From the NCBI GenBank assembly GCA_039590195.1, contig JBDHFY010000002.1:4660-68659 (forward strand): a stretch of DNA of 64,000 nt, written 5' to 3'. This DNA is from Gemmatimonadota bacterium (GTDB taxonomy: Bacteria > Gemmatimonadota > Gemmatimonadetes > Gemmatimonadales > GWC2-71-9). A program made the translations under genes and the position numbers. This document shows, in pieces, positions 26,512-34,729 of this stretch. The notes under the pieces are model-generated. The model was not told the DNA's origin. It saw nothing but the letters and a program-made list of their open reading frames with translations, and did not search any database. How positions within the stretch are numbered: position 1 is the first letter of the stretch; each line of letters begins with the position of its first letter.

Positions 26512-28592
26512 TGGGGCTCCGCCTCGACACGCCGGTTCAATATCTCAAGGGGGTTGGACCGCGGAGGGCGGAAGCTTTCGCCCGGGTGGGTGTCGCCACC
26601 GTGGAGGACTTGCTCTACCATCTCCCCCACCGCTACCTCGACGCCACCCTAGTGACCCCCGTGGCCAGAGCCGATGTCGGCACCGAAGTGACGTTGGTTG
26701 GTCGGGTGGTCTCGAAGGGTGTGCTGCCGACCCGACGCCGCCTGCGAATCTTCCGTGCGGTCATCAAAGATGCCTCCGGCCTCATCGAGTGCGCGTGGCC
26801 CGGCCAGGCGTTCCTCGACCGTACTGTTCGGGAGGGACAACTGCTGCTGGTGTCCGGACCGGTCAAGTACTACCACGGCCGCCAGATCGTTCCTCGGGAG
26901 CACATCGTGCTGTCCGAGCCCGACGACGATAGTGGGGAGGAAGAAGAGGAACAGGGCGTAGTGGTTCCCATCTATCCGGCGACGGAGGGTCTCACTCACC
27001 GCCAGATCCGGCGAGTGATCGGTCTTCATCTCGACGACATGCTGGCGTGCGTCGAGGAGTCGACCCCCCGTGTGTTCCTCCGGGGGGTGGAATTGCCGCC
27101 GTTGAAGGAAGCGCTGCTCGCAGTTCACCGGCCCGCATCGGTGGATCAAGCCGAGCGAGGACGACGGCGGTTTGCGTTTGATGAGTTGCTGGATCTCCAA
27201 TTCGTGCTGGCCCGTGCGCGATACCTCGCAAAGCACACGACGGAGGGTGTGCAACACGTAGTGAAGAAGGACCTCACCACCGCCCTCAAGAATGCGCTTC
27301 CGTTTGACCTGACGGCGGGCCAGCGTCGCGCCGTTCGCGAGATCACCGCGGACATGGCCTCCCCTGAACGAATGCACCGCCTGCTCATGGGCGATGTGGG
27401 GTCCGGCAAGACCGTCGTCGCGCTCTTTGCCGTCCTGCTCGCCCTGGAGAACGACCGTCAGGCCGTTTTCATGGCGCCGACGGAGCTGTTGGCCGAGCAA
27501 CACGCTCGGACGATATCCGCGCTGCTCGCACCGCTCGGGCTCGTTCCGGAGGTCCTGCTTGGGCGCTTGCAGCCTTCGGAGAAGGCAGCGATCCGCCGCC
27601 GAATCGCCGACGGCAGCGGAAGGGTCGTGATCGGCACCCACGCCCTCTTTCAGGAGAAGACGGAGTTCGGGAGTCTTGGCCTCGTGGTGATCGACGAGCA
27701 ACACCGCTTTGGGGTGGAGCAACGCGCGGCGCTCATTGCCAAAGGTGAAGCGCCCGACGTGCTGCTCCTCTCGGCCACGCCGATTCCCCGCACATTGGCG
27801 TTTACGCTCTACGGCGACCTCGATATCTCGATGCTCCGGGAAAAGCCGATGGGCCGTTTGCGAGTGAGAACCGGGATCAGGACCAGCCGTGACCGATCGA
27901 AGATCTACGGCTTCCTGAAGGAGCAGTGCGCAGCGGGCCGGCAGGTCTATGTGGTGTATCCTGTCATCGACGAGTCAGAAAAAGTCGATCTCAAGGCCGC
28001 CACAACCATGGCTGGAAAGCTCGCGGAGGAGCTGGCGCCCCTCACGGTTGGGCTCGTACACGGTAACCTGAGTGCGGATGAGCGCGACAATGTGATGCGG
28101 ACTTTTCGTGACGGCGGCATCGACGTACTGGTGGCCACGACGGTCATCGAAGTGGGCATCGACGTCCCGAACGCCACGGTCATGATTGTCGAGCATCCCG
28201 AGCGGTTCGGTCTCGCCCAGCTCCACCAGCTTCGCGGCCGTGTGGGTCGTGGCGCCGAGGAGAGCCATTGTATTCTGATCTCCGACGAAGGCGGTGGGGT
28301 GACCAGAGAACGGCTGCGGCGGTTCGCCCGCACAGCCGATGGCTTCAAGATCGCGGAACTCGATCTGAGGGAGCGAGGCATGGGCGAGCTCGCCGGAGCG
28401 AGGCAGTCCGGTGGGATCACCCTCCGCTACACCGATCTGTCCAAGGACGACGACCTGATCGTGGCAGCACGGAGGGCTGCCTTTGACGTCGTGCAGCGTG
28501 ATCCGACATTGGAAACGCGTGACTACGAACTGCTGCGAAAGCGGATCGAACGCCGCTACGGCAGGGGAATGGAGTTGTTTGCCGTGAGGTAG
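26511..28592 (+). CDS. recG: ATP-dependent DNA helicase RecG
   Basis: It has a wedge/OB N-terminal region, then LTAGQRRA, GDVGSGKT, DEQHRFGV and QLRGRVGRG helicase motifs. The start abuts the ftsY stop (TGATG). Confidence 0.9.
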   Translation: MGLRLDTPVQYLKGVGPRRAEAFARVGVATVEDLLYHLPHRYLDATLVTPVARADVGTEVTLVGRVVSKGVLPTRRRLRIFRAVIKDASGLIECAWPGQAFLDRTVREGQLLLVSGPVKYYHGRQIVPREHIVLSEPDDDSGEEEEEQGVVVPIYPATEGLTHRQIRRVIGLHLDDMLACVEESTPRVFLRGVELPPLKEALLAVHRPASVDQAERGRRRFAFDELLDLQFVLARARYLAKHTTEGVQHVVKKDLTTALKNALPFDLTAGQRRAVREITADMASPERMHRLLMGDVGSGKTVVALFAVLLALENDRQAVFMAPTELLAEQHARTISALLAPLGLVPEVLLGRLQPSEKAAIRRRIADGSGRVVIGTHALFQEKTEFGSLGLVVIDEQHRFGVEQRAALIAKGEAPDVLLLSATPIPRTLAFTLYGDLDISMLREKPMGRLRVRTGIRTSRDRSKIYGFLKEQCAAGRQVYVVYPVIDESEKVDLKAATTMAGKLAEELAPLTVGLVHGNLSADERDNVMRTFRDGGIDVLVATTVIEVGIDVPNATVMIVEHPERFGLAQLHQLRGRVGRGAEESHCILISDEGGGVTRERLRRFARTADGFKIAELDLRERGMGELAGARQSGGITLRYTDLSKDDDLIVAARRAAFDVVQRDPTLETRDYELLRKRIERRYGRGMELFAVR

Positions 28593-28619
28593 GCACGGGC
28601 GCGTTTGCCTGGAATGCCC

Positions 28620-28955
28620 TTACCTCAGCACCTCGTCGCACTTCGCCGCTAGGATGAAGTCGCTTTCCGTCAGCCCGTCGATCTTGTGAGTCCAGATCGT
28701 GATCCTCACCTTTCCCCACGCAAGATAGATGTCGGGATGGTGCTGTTGCTCCTCCGCCAGGGCACCGACCTGGTTGGTGAACTCGAGGGCCTGCACGAAG
28801 TCCTCCAACCGGTACTCCTTGTCGAGGTGATGGTCGTCGATCACTTTCCATTCATTGCCGAGCTTGGCCAGGAGATCCTGAATCGCATCTCCCTCGAGTG
28901 GTGGGACACCTCCTCTACACGGAACGCAGTGCTTGGCAGCGAGTTCGCTGGGCAT
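28620..28955 (-). CDS. phhB: 4a-hydroxytetrahydrobiopterin (pterin-4-alpha-carbinolamine) dehydratase
   Basis: 111 aa with CVPC..G..PL, EEQQHHPD and WTHKI..LTESDFILAAK, as in the PCD/DCoH family. Confidence 0.85.
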   Translation of the reverse strand: MPSELAAKHCVPCRGGVPPLEGDAIQDLLAKLGNEWKVIDDHHLDKEYRLEDFVQALEFTNQVGALAEEQQHHPDIYLAWGKVRITIWTHKIDGLTESDFILAAKCDEVLR

Positions 28956-29043
28956 GGTTACCTCGGTGGACTCGACGGTTCGAGATTTGTGACAGAGGCT
29001 AAGATCCTAAACTGCGGCTCGGATAGCGGCAAGATGTCCAGTC

Positions 29044-29075
29044 GGGCTTGGGGCTTGGGGCTTAGGGCTTGGGGC
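29044..29075. repeat. Tandem 7-nt array GGG(CTTGGGG)2(CTTAGGG)(CTTGGGG)C; left arm of an inverted pair
   Basis: Read directly from the sequence. It overlaps the stop codon and last codons of the 4HB ORF. Confidence 0.95.
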
Positions 29076-29424
29076 GTCCCGGAGCCAGCTCACGACGCCG
29101 CTGCTTGAGCTTCCTAATGAGGGCCGCCAGCATTCGCCCGATCCTCGCGGTTTGGCCGAGCACCTGCTGGACCGTCTGGGCGCCCACGAATCCTAGTCGA
29201 TTCGCTATGAGCATCTGTGTCTCCAGCTCCTTCAACGACCCGTTTGAGATAGACAGGTGCCGTATGTAATCCCCCAATTGGTTTCGCCCATACCCCTCGG
29301 CAATGTTGGAAGGGACCGACACGGCAGCTCGACGAATCTGGGTCACCAAACCGTAGCGCTCACCATCTGGGAATTGCCCTGTGATCTTGTAGCTGTTGAC
29401 GACCAGAGCCATGCCGGCCGCCAA
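29062..29424 (-). CDS. Four-helix-bundle protein (23S rRNA intervening-sequence protein family); apparently frameshifted near its 5' end
   Basis: YKITGQFPDGERYGLVTQIRRAAVSVPSNIAEGYGR...NGSLKELETQ is the family signature. The expected N-terminal YRDLRVW helix lies just upstream in another frame (to ATG 29480); see findings. Confidence 0.8.
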   Translation of the reverse strand: MAAGMALVVNSYKITGQFPDGERYGLVTQIRRAAVSVPSNIAEGYGRNQLGDYIRHLSISNGSLKELETQMLIANRLGFVGAQTVQQVLGQTARIGRMLAALIRKLKQRRRELAPGRPKP

Positions 29425-29604
29425 ACCCGGAGATCCCGGTAACTGAGAATTGGACTGCGTTTGTGGTCAGACTGCGACATGCTCCACCTGCCGTTGAATG
29501 AAGACAACCTATTGCGCAGTCCCGGCTTTCCGTCATCATCTTGACGCACATTGAATCATTTTTATCTATGACCTGTGAGGTAAGTTATCTTCGGGGCCCA
29601 ATTC

Positions 29605-29658
29605 TTAAGCCTTAAGCCTTAAGCCTTAAGCCCTAAGCCCTAAGCCCTAAGCCCCAAG
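29605..29658. repeat. Tandem 7-nt array (TTAAGCC)4(CTAAGCC)3CCAAG; right arm, inverted relative to 29044-29075
   Basis: Read directly from the sequence. It ends 6 nt before the asnS ATG. Confidence 0.95.
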
Positions 29659-29664
29659 TTCTCC

Positions 29665-30963
29665 ATGGACGAACAGCTGCAAATCAAAGATCTGCCAAGT
29701 TGCGTCGGCGACACGGTCACCGTGCGAGGATGGGTGGCCAACACAAGGTCCAGCGGCAAGATCGCGTTCCTCGTCCTCCGGGATGGAACCGGGTTACTGC
29801 AGTGTGTAGTGCCCAAGAACGAGGTGACGGAAGAGGTGTGGGACCGCGTCCGCACCCTCACGCAGGAAACCTCGGTTGCGGCCACAGGATCGATCCGCGC
29901 CGATGCACGGTCGCCCGGCGGTGTGGAACTCGGCCTCGCCAATCTCGCGGTGCTCGGCACGAGCGTTGATTTCCCCATCTCGCCCAAGGAGCACGGCACG
30001 AGCTTTCTCTTCGAGCACCGGCACCTGTGGCTGCGCTCCAAGGGCCAAACCGCCATCATGCGGGTTCGCCACGAAGTCGTTCAGGCGATCCGCGATTTCT
30101 TCTACGAGCGTGATTTCGTGCTCGTGGATACTCCGTTACTCACCGGTGCCATCGGCGAGGAGGCCGCCAACCTCTTCGAGACCGACTATTTCGATCTGGG
30201 GAAAGCTTACCTGGCCCAAACCGGACAACTCTATCTCGAGGCCGCTGCTGCCGCCCTCGGCAAGGTGTACTGCTTCGGTCCCACATTTCGCGCCGAAAAG
30301 TCCAAGACGCGCCGGCACCTCACAGAGTTCTGGATGGTGGAACCGGAGGTGGCATGGTATGACTCCGACGACAACATGCGCCTCCAGGAGGATTTCGTTT
30401 CATACATCGTCGAGCGATGCCTGGCTCGGCGAAAGGACGAGCTGGGGCAACTCGAGCGCGACACGGCGCCACTGGAGCAGGTGCATCCGCCGTTTCACCG
30501 GATCTCGTATACGGATGCGGTGGCCAAGCTGGCGACGTTGGGCCAAGAGATTTCCTGGGGCCAGGACCTCGGCGGTGAGGACGAAACGGTGCTCGCCAAC
30601 GCGTTTGATCGGCCCGTCTTCGTGTATAACTATCCCCGCGAGGTGAAGGCGTTCTACATGAAACGCAATCCGGACGATCCTCGAACGGTGCTGAACAACG
30701 ACTGTTTGGCGCCGGAAGGCTACGGGGAAATCATCGGGGGGAGCCAGCGCGAGGACGACCACGACTTCTTGCTGCAGCGCATCCACGAGGAGGGGCTGCC
30801 GGAGGAGGCGTACGCCTGGTACCTCGATCTACGGAAGTACGGTACCTTCGTGCACTCCGGATTCGGTCTGGGAGTCGAGCGCGTCGTCGCCTGGATTTGC
30901 GGGATTCCCCATGTTCGCGAGGCAATCGCCTTCCCGCGGCAGATGCACCGCCTATATCCTTGA
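29665..30963 (+). CDS. asnS: Asparagine--tRNA ligase
   Basis: It has an OB anticodon-binding N-terminal region (VTVRGWV...R..GKIAFLVLRDGTG) and class II motifs (FGPTFRAE.S.T.RHL.EFWM.E, GFGLG.ER). The 432-aa size is typical of AsnS. Confidence 0.9.
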   Translation: MDEQLQIKDLPSCVGDTVTVRGWVANTRSSGKIAFLVLRDGTGLLQCVVPKNEVTEEVWDRVRTLTQETSVAATGSIRADARSPGGVELGLANLAVLGTSVDFPISPKEHGTSFLFEHRHLWLRSKGQTAIMRVRHEVVQAIRDFFYERDFVLVDTPLLTGAIGEEAANLFETDYFDLGKAYLAQTGQLYLEAAAAALGKVYCFGPTFRAEKSKTRRHLTEFWMVEPEVAWYDSDDNMRLQEDFVSYIVERCLARRKDELGQLERDTAPLEQVHPPFHRISYTDAVAKLATLGQEISWGQDLGGEDETVLANAFDRPVFVYNYPREVKAFYMKRNPDDPRTVLNNDCLAPEGYGEIIGGSQREDDHDFLLQRIHEEGLPEEAYAWYLDLRKYGTFVHSGFGLGVERVVAWICGIPHVREAIAFPRQMHRLYP

Positions 30964-30991
30964 AGGGCGGCCCGACCCGGCATCGACCGCC

Positions 30992-31768
30992 TCAACCACC
31001 TTTTTTTGTTTCCTCCCACAGCGTATCCAACTCCTCGAGTGACGCGCGACCCACGTCGATCGCCCTTGCCGCCGCCAGTTCCTCGACTCGACGGAACCGC
31101 TTCATGAACTGCTCGTTGGCCCGCTCGAGCGCTGCTCGCGGGTCGCACCGAACCTTCCGCGCAAGATTGACCACCGAGAAAAGGAGGTCGCCGATTTCCG
31201 CCTCCACCCGCCGGGGGTCGGTGTCGGCGTCGAGTTCAGCGTCCAGTTCTGCCAGTTCTTCGGAGACCTTCTTCCGTGGTCCCTCGGCATCTGGCCAATC
31301 GAATCCCACACCCGCCGCCCGCTCCTGGAGGCGATAGGCCATGAGCAGCGCAGGAAGGGTGGGAGGCAGCCCGTCGAGAACGCTGCGGGGTTCTCGGTTG
31401 GATTCGTTCGTCTCCTTGAGCTTGTGACGCTCCCAACTCTCGGGGGCAGTGCCCTGCCCAAAGAGATGGGGGTGCCGGCGCCACATCTTGGTCTCGATGG
31501 CCCGGGTAACGTCTTCCGCGCCAAACGCCCCGCTTTCCTCACCCAGCACAATCTGGAAGGCCAGGTGCAGTAAGAGATCTCCCAGCTCGTGCGTGATTTC
31601 TTCGCGCGTCCCGGCCGCCAGGGCCTGATCGAGTTCGAGGACTTCTTCGACCAAGTAGGGCCGCAGCGTCTGTGGGGTTTGTGCGGCGTCCCAGGGACAG
31701 CGCTTGCGCAAATCCCTCACCAGCTCGACAATGCGGCCAAGCACCGATGGTTCTTGCATTTGCGGCAT
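30992..31768 (-). CDS. mazG: Nucleoside triphosphate pyrophosphohydrolase MazG
   Basis: LR..CPWD..QT...L..YL.EE..E and two EE.GD MazG repeats are present. The start was moved to ATG 31768 so that it does not overlap the divergent alr gene. Confidence 0.85.
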   Translation of the reverse strand: MPQMQEPSVLGRIVELVRDLRKRCPWDAAQTPQTLRPYLVEEVLELDQALAAGTREEITHELGDLLLHLAFQIVLGEESGAFGAEDVTRAIETKMWRRHPHLFGQGTAPESWERHKLKETNESNREPRSVLDGLPPTLPALLMAYRLQERAAGVGFDWPDAEGPRKKVSEELAELDAELDADTDPRRVEAEIGDLLFSVVNLARKVRCDPRAALERANEQFMKRFRRVEELAAARAIDVGRASLEELDTLWEETKKGG

Positions 31769-31800
31769 GAGGCCGATACAATATCCGCTTGGCTGTGAGC

Positions 31801-32886
31801 ATGTCAACGCGCCTGGAGTTGGAGCGGGCATGGGTTGAAGTCAGCCTCATCAATCTGGTGGCCAACGCCCGAACGGTGAGTGAGCAGGCCGCCGGTGCGG
31901 GGTTGCTTCCAATGGTGAAGGCAGATGGATACGGGCTTGGGGCTTGCCGCGTTGTTGCCGCCCTCGATGCCGTGAATCCATGGGGCTTCGGCGTCGCTAC
32001 TGTTGAAGAGGGGATCGAGTTGCGAGAGGCCGGTGTCAACCGGCCCATTGTTGTTTTTACCCCTGCGGACGCCGAACAGCTGCCGTTTTACCGCGAGCAC
32101 GATCTGCAGGCCGTGCTCGACGACGTGGACACGGCGGCGGCGTGGGATCTTCCCTATCACCTCGAGATCGACACCGGGATGGGCCGGGCCGGTGTGCGTT
32201 GGTCGGATGGCCCGCGCTTCGCGCAGGTCGCCGGTCCCGATGTGGTCAATCCTCCCGAGGGCGCGTTCACTCACTTCCACTCCGCCGATGTTGCCGCCGA
32301 CTCGGTCGAGCGACAGTGGAAGCGGTTCCACGACGCGCTACGCCACTTTCACCGTCGCCCACCCCTCGTCCACGCTGCCAATAGTGCCGGCGTTTGGCGT
32401 ATCGGGGAGGCCCTCGATCTGGTTCGACCCGGGATCTTCCTCTACGGAGGGCGCGTGGGAAACGATCTGCCGACGCCAGCTCCCGTCGCTCAGGTGCGCG
32501 CCCGGATCGTGAGCCTCCGCCGATTGGAAGCAGGGGACACGGTGAGCTACGGCGCTGAGTGGACCGCGCCCTCGGCGACATGGGTGGCCACGCTCGGCAT
32601 CGGTTACGCGGACGGCGTTCCCCGATCCGTGCAGCATCGGGCAGCGGTGCTGTTGGATGGGAAGCGGTACCCCGTGGTAGGTCGCGTGACGATGGACATG
32701 ACCGTGGTGAATCTGGGGCCCGCCGGGCGTGAAGGAAGCCGCACCGGCGACGTGGTGACCATCATCGGCCGAGATCGCGACGAAGAGATAACCGTCGACG
32801 AGTATGCGGACTGGGCCGGAACGATCTCGCACGAGATCCTCGTGGGCCTGGGATCGCGGCTCCGCCGGGTGTACTCTGAGCTGTGA
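31801..32886 (+). CDS. alr: Alanine racemase
   Basis: AWVEVSL..L..N, the PLP-lysine context PMVKADGYGLG, and the VSYG motif are present. ATG 31801 is preferred; TTG 31789 is also possible. Confidence 0.85.
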   Translation: MSTRLELERAWVEVSLINLVANARTVSEQAAGAGLLPMVKADGYGLGACRVVAALDAVNPWGFGVATVEEGIELREAGVNRPIVVFTPADAEQLPFYREHDLQAVLDDVDTAAAWDLPYHLEIDTGMGRAGVRWSDGPRFAQVAGPDVVNPPEGAFTHFHSADVAADSVERQWKRFHDALRHFHRRPPLVHAANSAGVWRIGEALDLVRPGIFLYGGRVGNDLPTPAPVAQVRARIVSLRRLEAGDTVSYGAEWTAPSATWVATLGIGYADGVPRSVQHRAAVLLDGKRYPVVGRVTMDMTVVNLGPAGREGSRTGDVVTIIGRDRDEEITVDEYADWAGTISHEILVGLGSRLRRVYSEL

Positions 32887-34049
32887 TCGGCCGGCTGGCG
32901 GTGATCGTGCTGGACGGCGTCGGCATCGGCGCCGCGCCCGACGCGGCCGCATATGGTGACGAGGGTAGTGACACGCTCGGCAACCTCGCGCGTGCGGTCG
33001 GTGGGCTGCGCTTGCCGTATCTCGAATCTCTGGGTCTCGGCTGCTGCCGCCCGCTCCAGGGGATGCGCTGCTGCGACCCGCAGGGGGCGCACGGGGTTGC
33101 CCTGCCTCGGTCCAAGGGGAAGGACAGCACGACGGGACACTGGGAGATCTGTGGGCTGCTCCTCGACCGGCCCTTCCCCACGTACCCCAATGGATTCCCG
33201 AAGCACCTCATTGAACGGTTCCAGACGGCCACGGGCCGTCCGGTGCTCGGGAACGTGGCAGCATCCGGCACGGCCATCATCGAACAGTACGGTCGGGAGC
33301 ACCTCCAGACGGGAGCCTGGATCGTCTATACCTCGGCGGACAGCGTCTTTCAGATCGCCGCGCACGAGGAGAAGATCGCCTTGAGCGAACTGCAGGCGGC
33401 CGCGCACACGGCGCGGCAGATGCTGACGGGCGATCACACGGTGTCGCGGGTCATCACGAGGCCGTTTGTCGGAGTTCCGGGCGGCTTCGTGCGTACAGCC
33501 AACCGCCGTGACTTCTCAGTGGAGCCTCTGGCTCCGACGCTGCTCGATCGCTTGGCGGACGCGGCCGTCGAACGGGTGGGCGTCGGGAAGGTGGATGACC
33601 TCTTTGCCAGCCGGAATATCTCCAGCCGGCACACGTCCCGGAATGCGGATGCGTACCGGCTCATCGCGGATGCGCTCGCTACGATGGAGGTGGGATTCCT
33701 GTTCGCCAACGTGATCGAGTTCGATCAGAGCTGGGGGCACAGGAACGATGCTGTGGGGTTTTACCGTGGACTGGAAGAGCTGGATGCTTCGCTTCCTGCT
33801 CTCGTCGGGTTGCTTCGCAGGGATGATCTGATGATCCTGACTGCGGACCACGGCAACGACCCGACCACTACCTCCACCGACCACTCGCGGGAGGCGGTCC
33901 CGGTCCTGGCCATCGGTTCCAGGGTGAAACCCGGGTCGGTGGGCACTCGGTCAACCTTTGCCGATATCGGTGCCACGGTGGGAGAGTACTTTGGCGTCGA
34001 GCTGTCGACCGGGGAGTCGTTCCTCTCGCAGGTCCTGGAACCGGAGTGA
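32883..34049 (+). CDS. deoB: Phosphopentomutase
   Basis: GTGA overlap with alr. Motifs include VIVLDGVGIGAAPDA..YGDEGSDTLG, ..DSTTGHWE.., ..TADHGNDPT.. and ..TDHSRE.VP... Confidence 0.85.
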   Translation: MIGRLAVIVLDGVGIGAAPDAAAYGDEGSDTLGNLARAVGGLRLPYLESLGLGCCRPLQGMRCCDPQGAHGVALPRSKGKDSTTGHWEICGLLLDRPFPTYPNGFPKHLIERFQTATGRPVLGNVAASGTAIIEQYGREHLQTGAWIVYTSADSVFQIAAHEEKIALSELQAAAHTARQMLTGDHTVSRVITRPFVGVPGGFVRTANRRDFSVEPLAPTLLDRLADAAVERVGVGKVDDLFASRNISSRHTSRNADAYRLIADALATMEVGFLFANVIEFDQSWGHRNDAVGFYRGLEELDASLPALVGLLRRDDLMILTADHGNDPTTTSTDHSREAVPVLAIGSRVKPGSVGTRSTFADIGATVGEYFGVELSTGESFLSQVLEPE

Positions 34050-34055
34050 CACCCG

Positions 34056-34445
34056 GTGAGTGATTCAGTGGTGGCGGCCGCGCGCGAGGCCCAGGCGAAC
34101 GCGCATGCGCCGTACAGCGGGTTCAAGGTCGGTGCGGCGCTCGAAGCCGAGGACGGACGTATCTTTGTAGGGGCGAACCTGGAAAACGCGTCGTACGGCC
34201 TCACCAACTGTGCGGAGCGTGTTGCCCTGGGAGCCGCCGTCACAGGGGGTGCGCGAGCGTTCGTGCGTATCGTGGTGGTGACTGATGCCACTCCACCGGC
34301 GGCGCCGTGCGGTGCCTGCCGGCAGGCGTTGAGCGAGTTTGGCACGGCTCTCACTGTGGAGGCGGTGGGGCCTGACGGTTCCCGCAGCTGGATGCTGGCT
34401 GATTTGTTACCGGATAACTTTGGGCCGGAGGATCTCGCAACGTGA
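34056..34445 (+). CDS. cdd: Cytidine deaminase
   Basis: CAERVAL (zinc/catalytic Glu) and PCGACRQ are present, and the 129-aa size fits the homotetrameric type. Confidence 0.85.
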   Translation: MSDSVVAAAREAQANAHAPYSGFKVGAALEAEDGRIFVGANLENASYGLTNCAERVALGAAVTGGARAFVRIVVVTDATPPAAPCGACRQALSEFGTALTVEAVGPDGSRSWMLADLLPDNFGPEDLAT

Positions 34446-34729
34446 AACTTGGAAAGGTCATCGGCTCGGTTGTGGCGACCAGAAAGGATCCCTCACTCGA
34501 AGGAGTGAAATTCCTGATCGTCCAGAATCTCACTCTCGACTTGGAGCCGGACGGGAGTTACGTGATTGCGGTCGACGCGGTGGGGGCCGGGGCCAGAGAG
34601 GTGGTGCTGTACGCTTCGGGATCATCCGCACGGCAGACAAGGATGACCAAAGACCGGCCGGTGGATGCCGTGATCATGGCGATAGTGGACTCGTTCGACG
34701 CAGATGGCAAAACCGTTCGCCTTACTTAG
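34442..34729 (+). CDS. eutN: EutN/CcmL-family bacterial microcompartment vertex (BMC-P) protein
   Basis: GTG 34442 overlaps the cdd stop (GTGA). MKLGKVIGSVVATRKDPSLEGVKFLIVQ...AVDAVGAG..EVVLYASGSSAR......PVDAVIMAIVDS matches the PF03319 pattern across its whole length. Confidence 0.8.
   Translation: MKLGKVIGSVVATRKDPSLEGVKFLIVQNLTLDLEPDGSYVIAVDAVGAGAREVVLYASGSSARQTRMTKDRPVDAVIMAIVDSFDADGKTVRLT

Noticed and set aside
29044-29658. Possibility that the repeat arrays here and at 60493-60525 are CRISPR arrays.
   Set aside because: The units are 7 nt and directly tandem with no spacers, and no cas genes are in the window.
31933-31946. A 14-nt identity (gggcttggggcttg) to the left heptad array, inside alr.
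   Set aside because: It encodes the conserved ..YGLGAC.. segment around the PLP-lysine region of alanine racemase. It covers only two units and is most likely coincidence.
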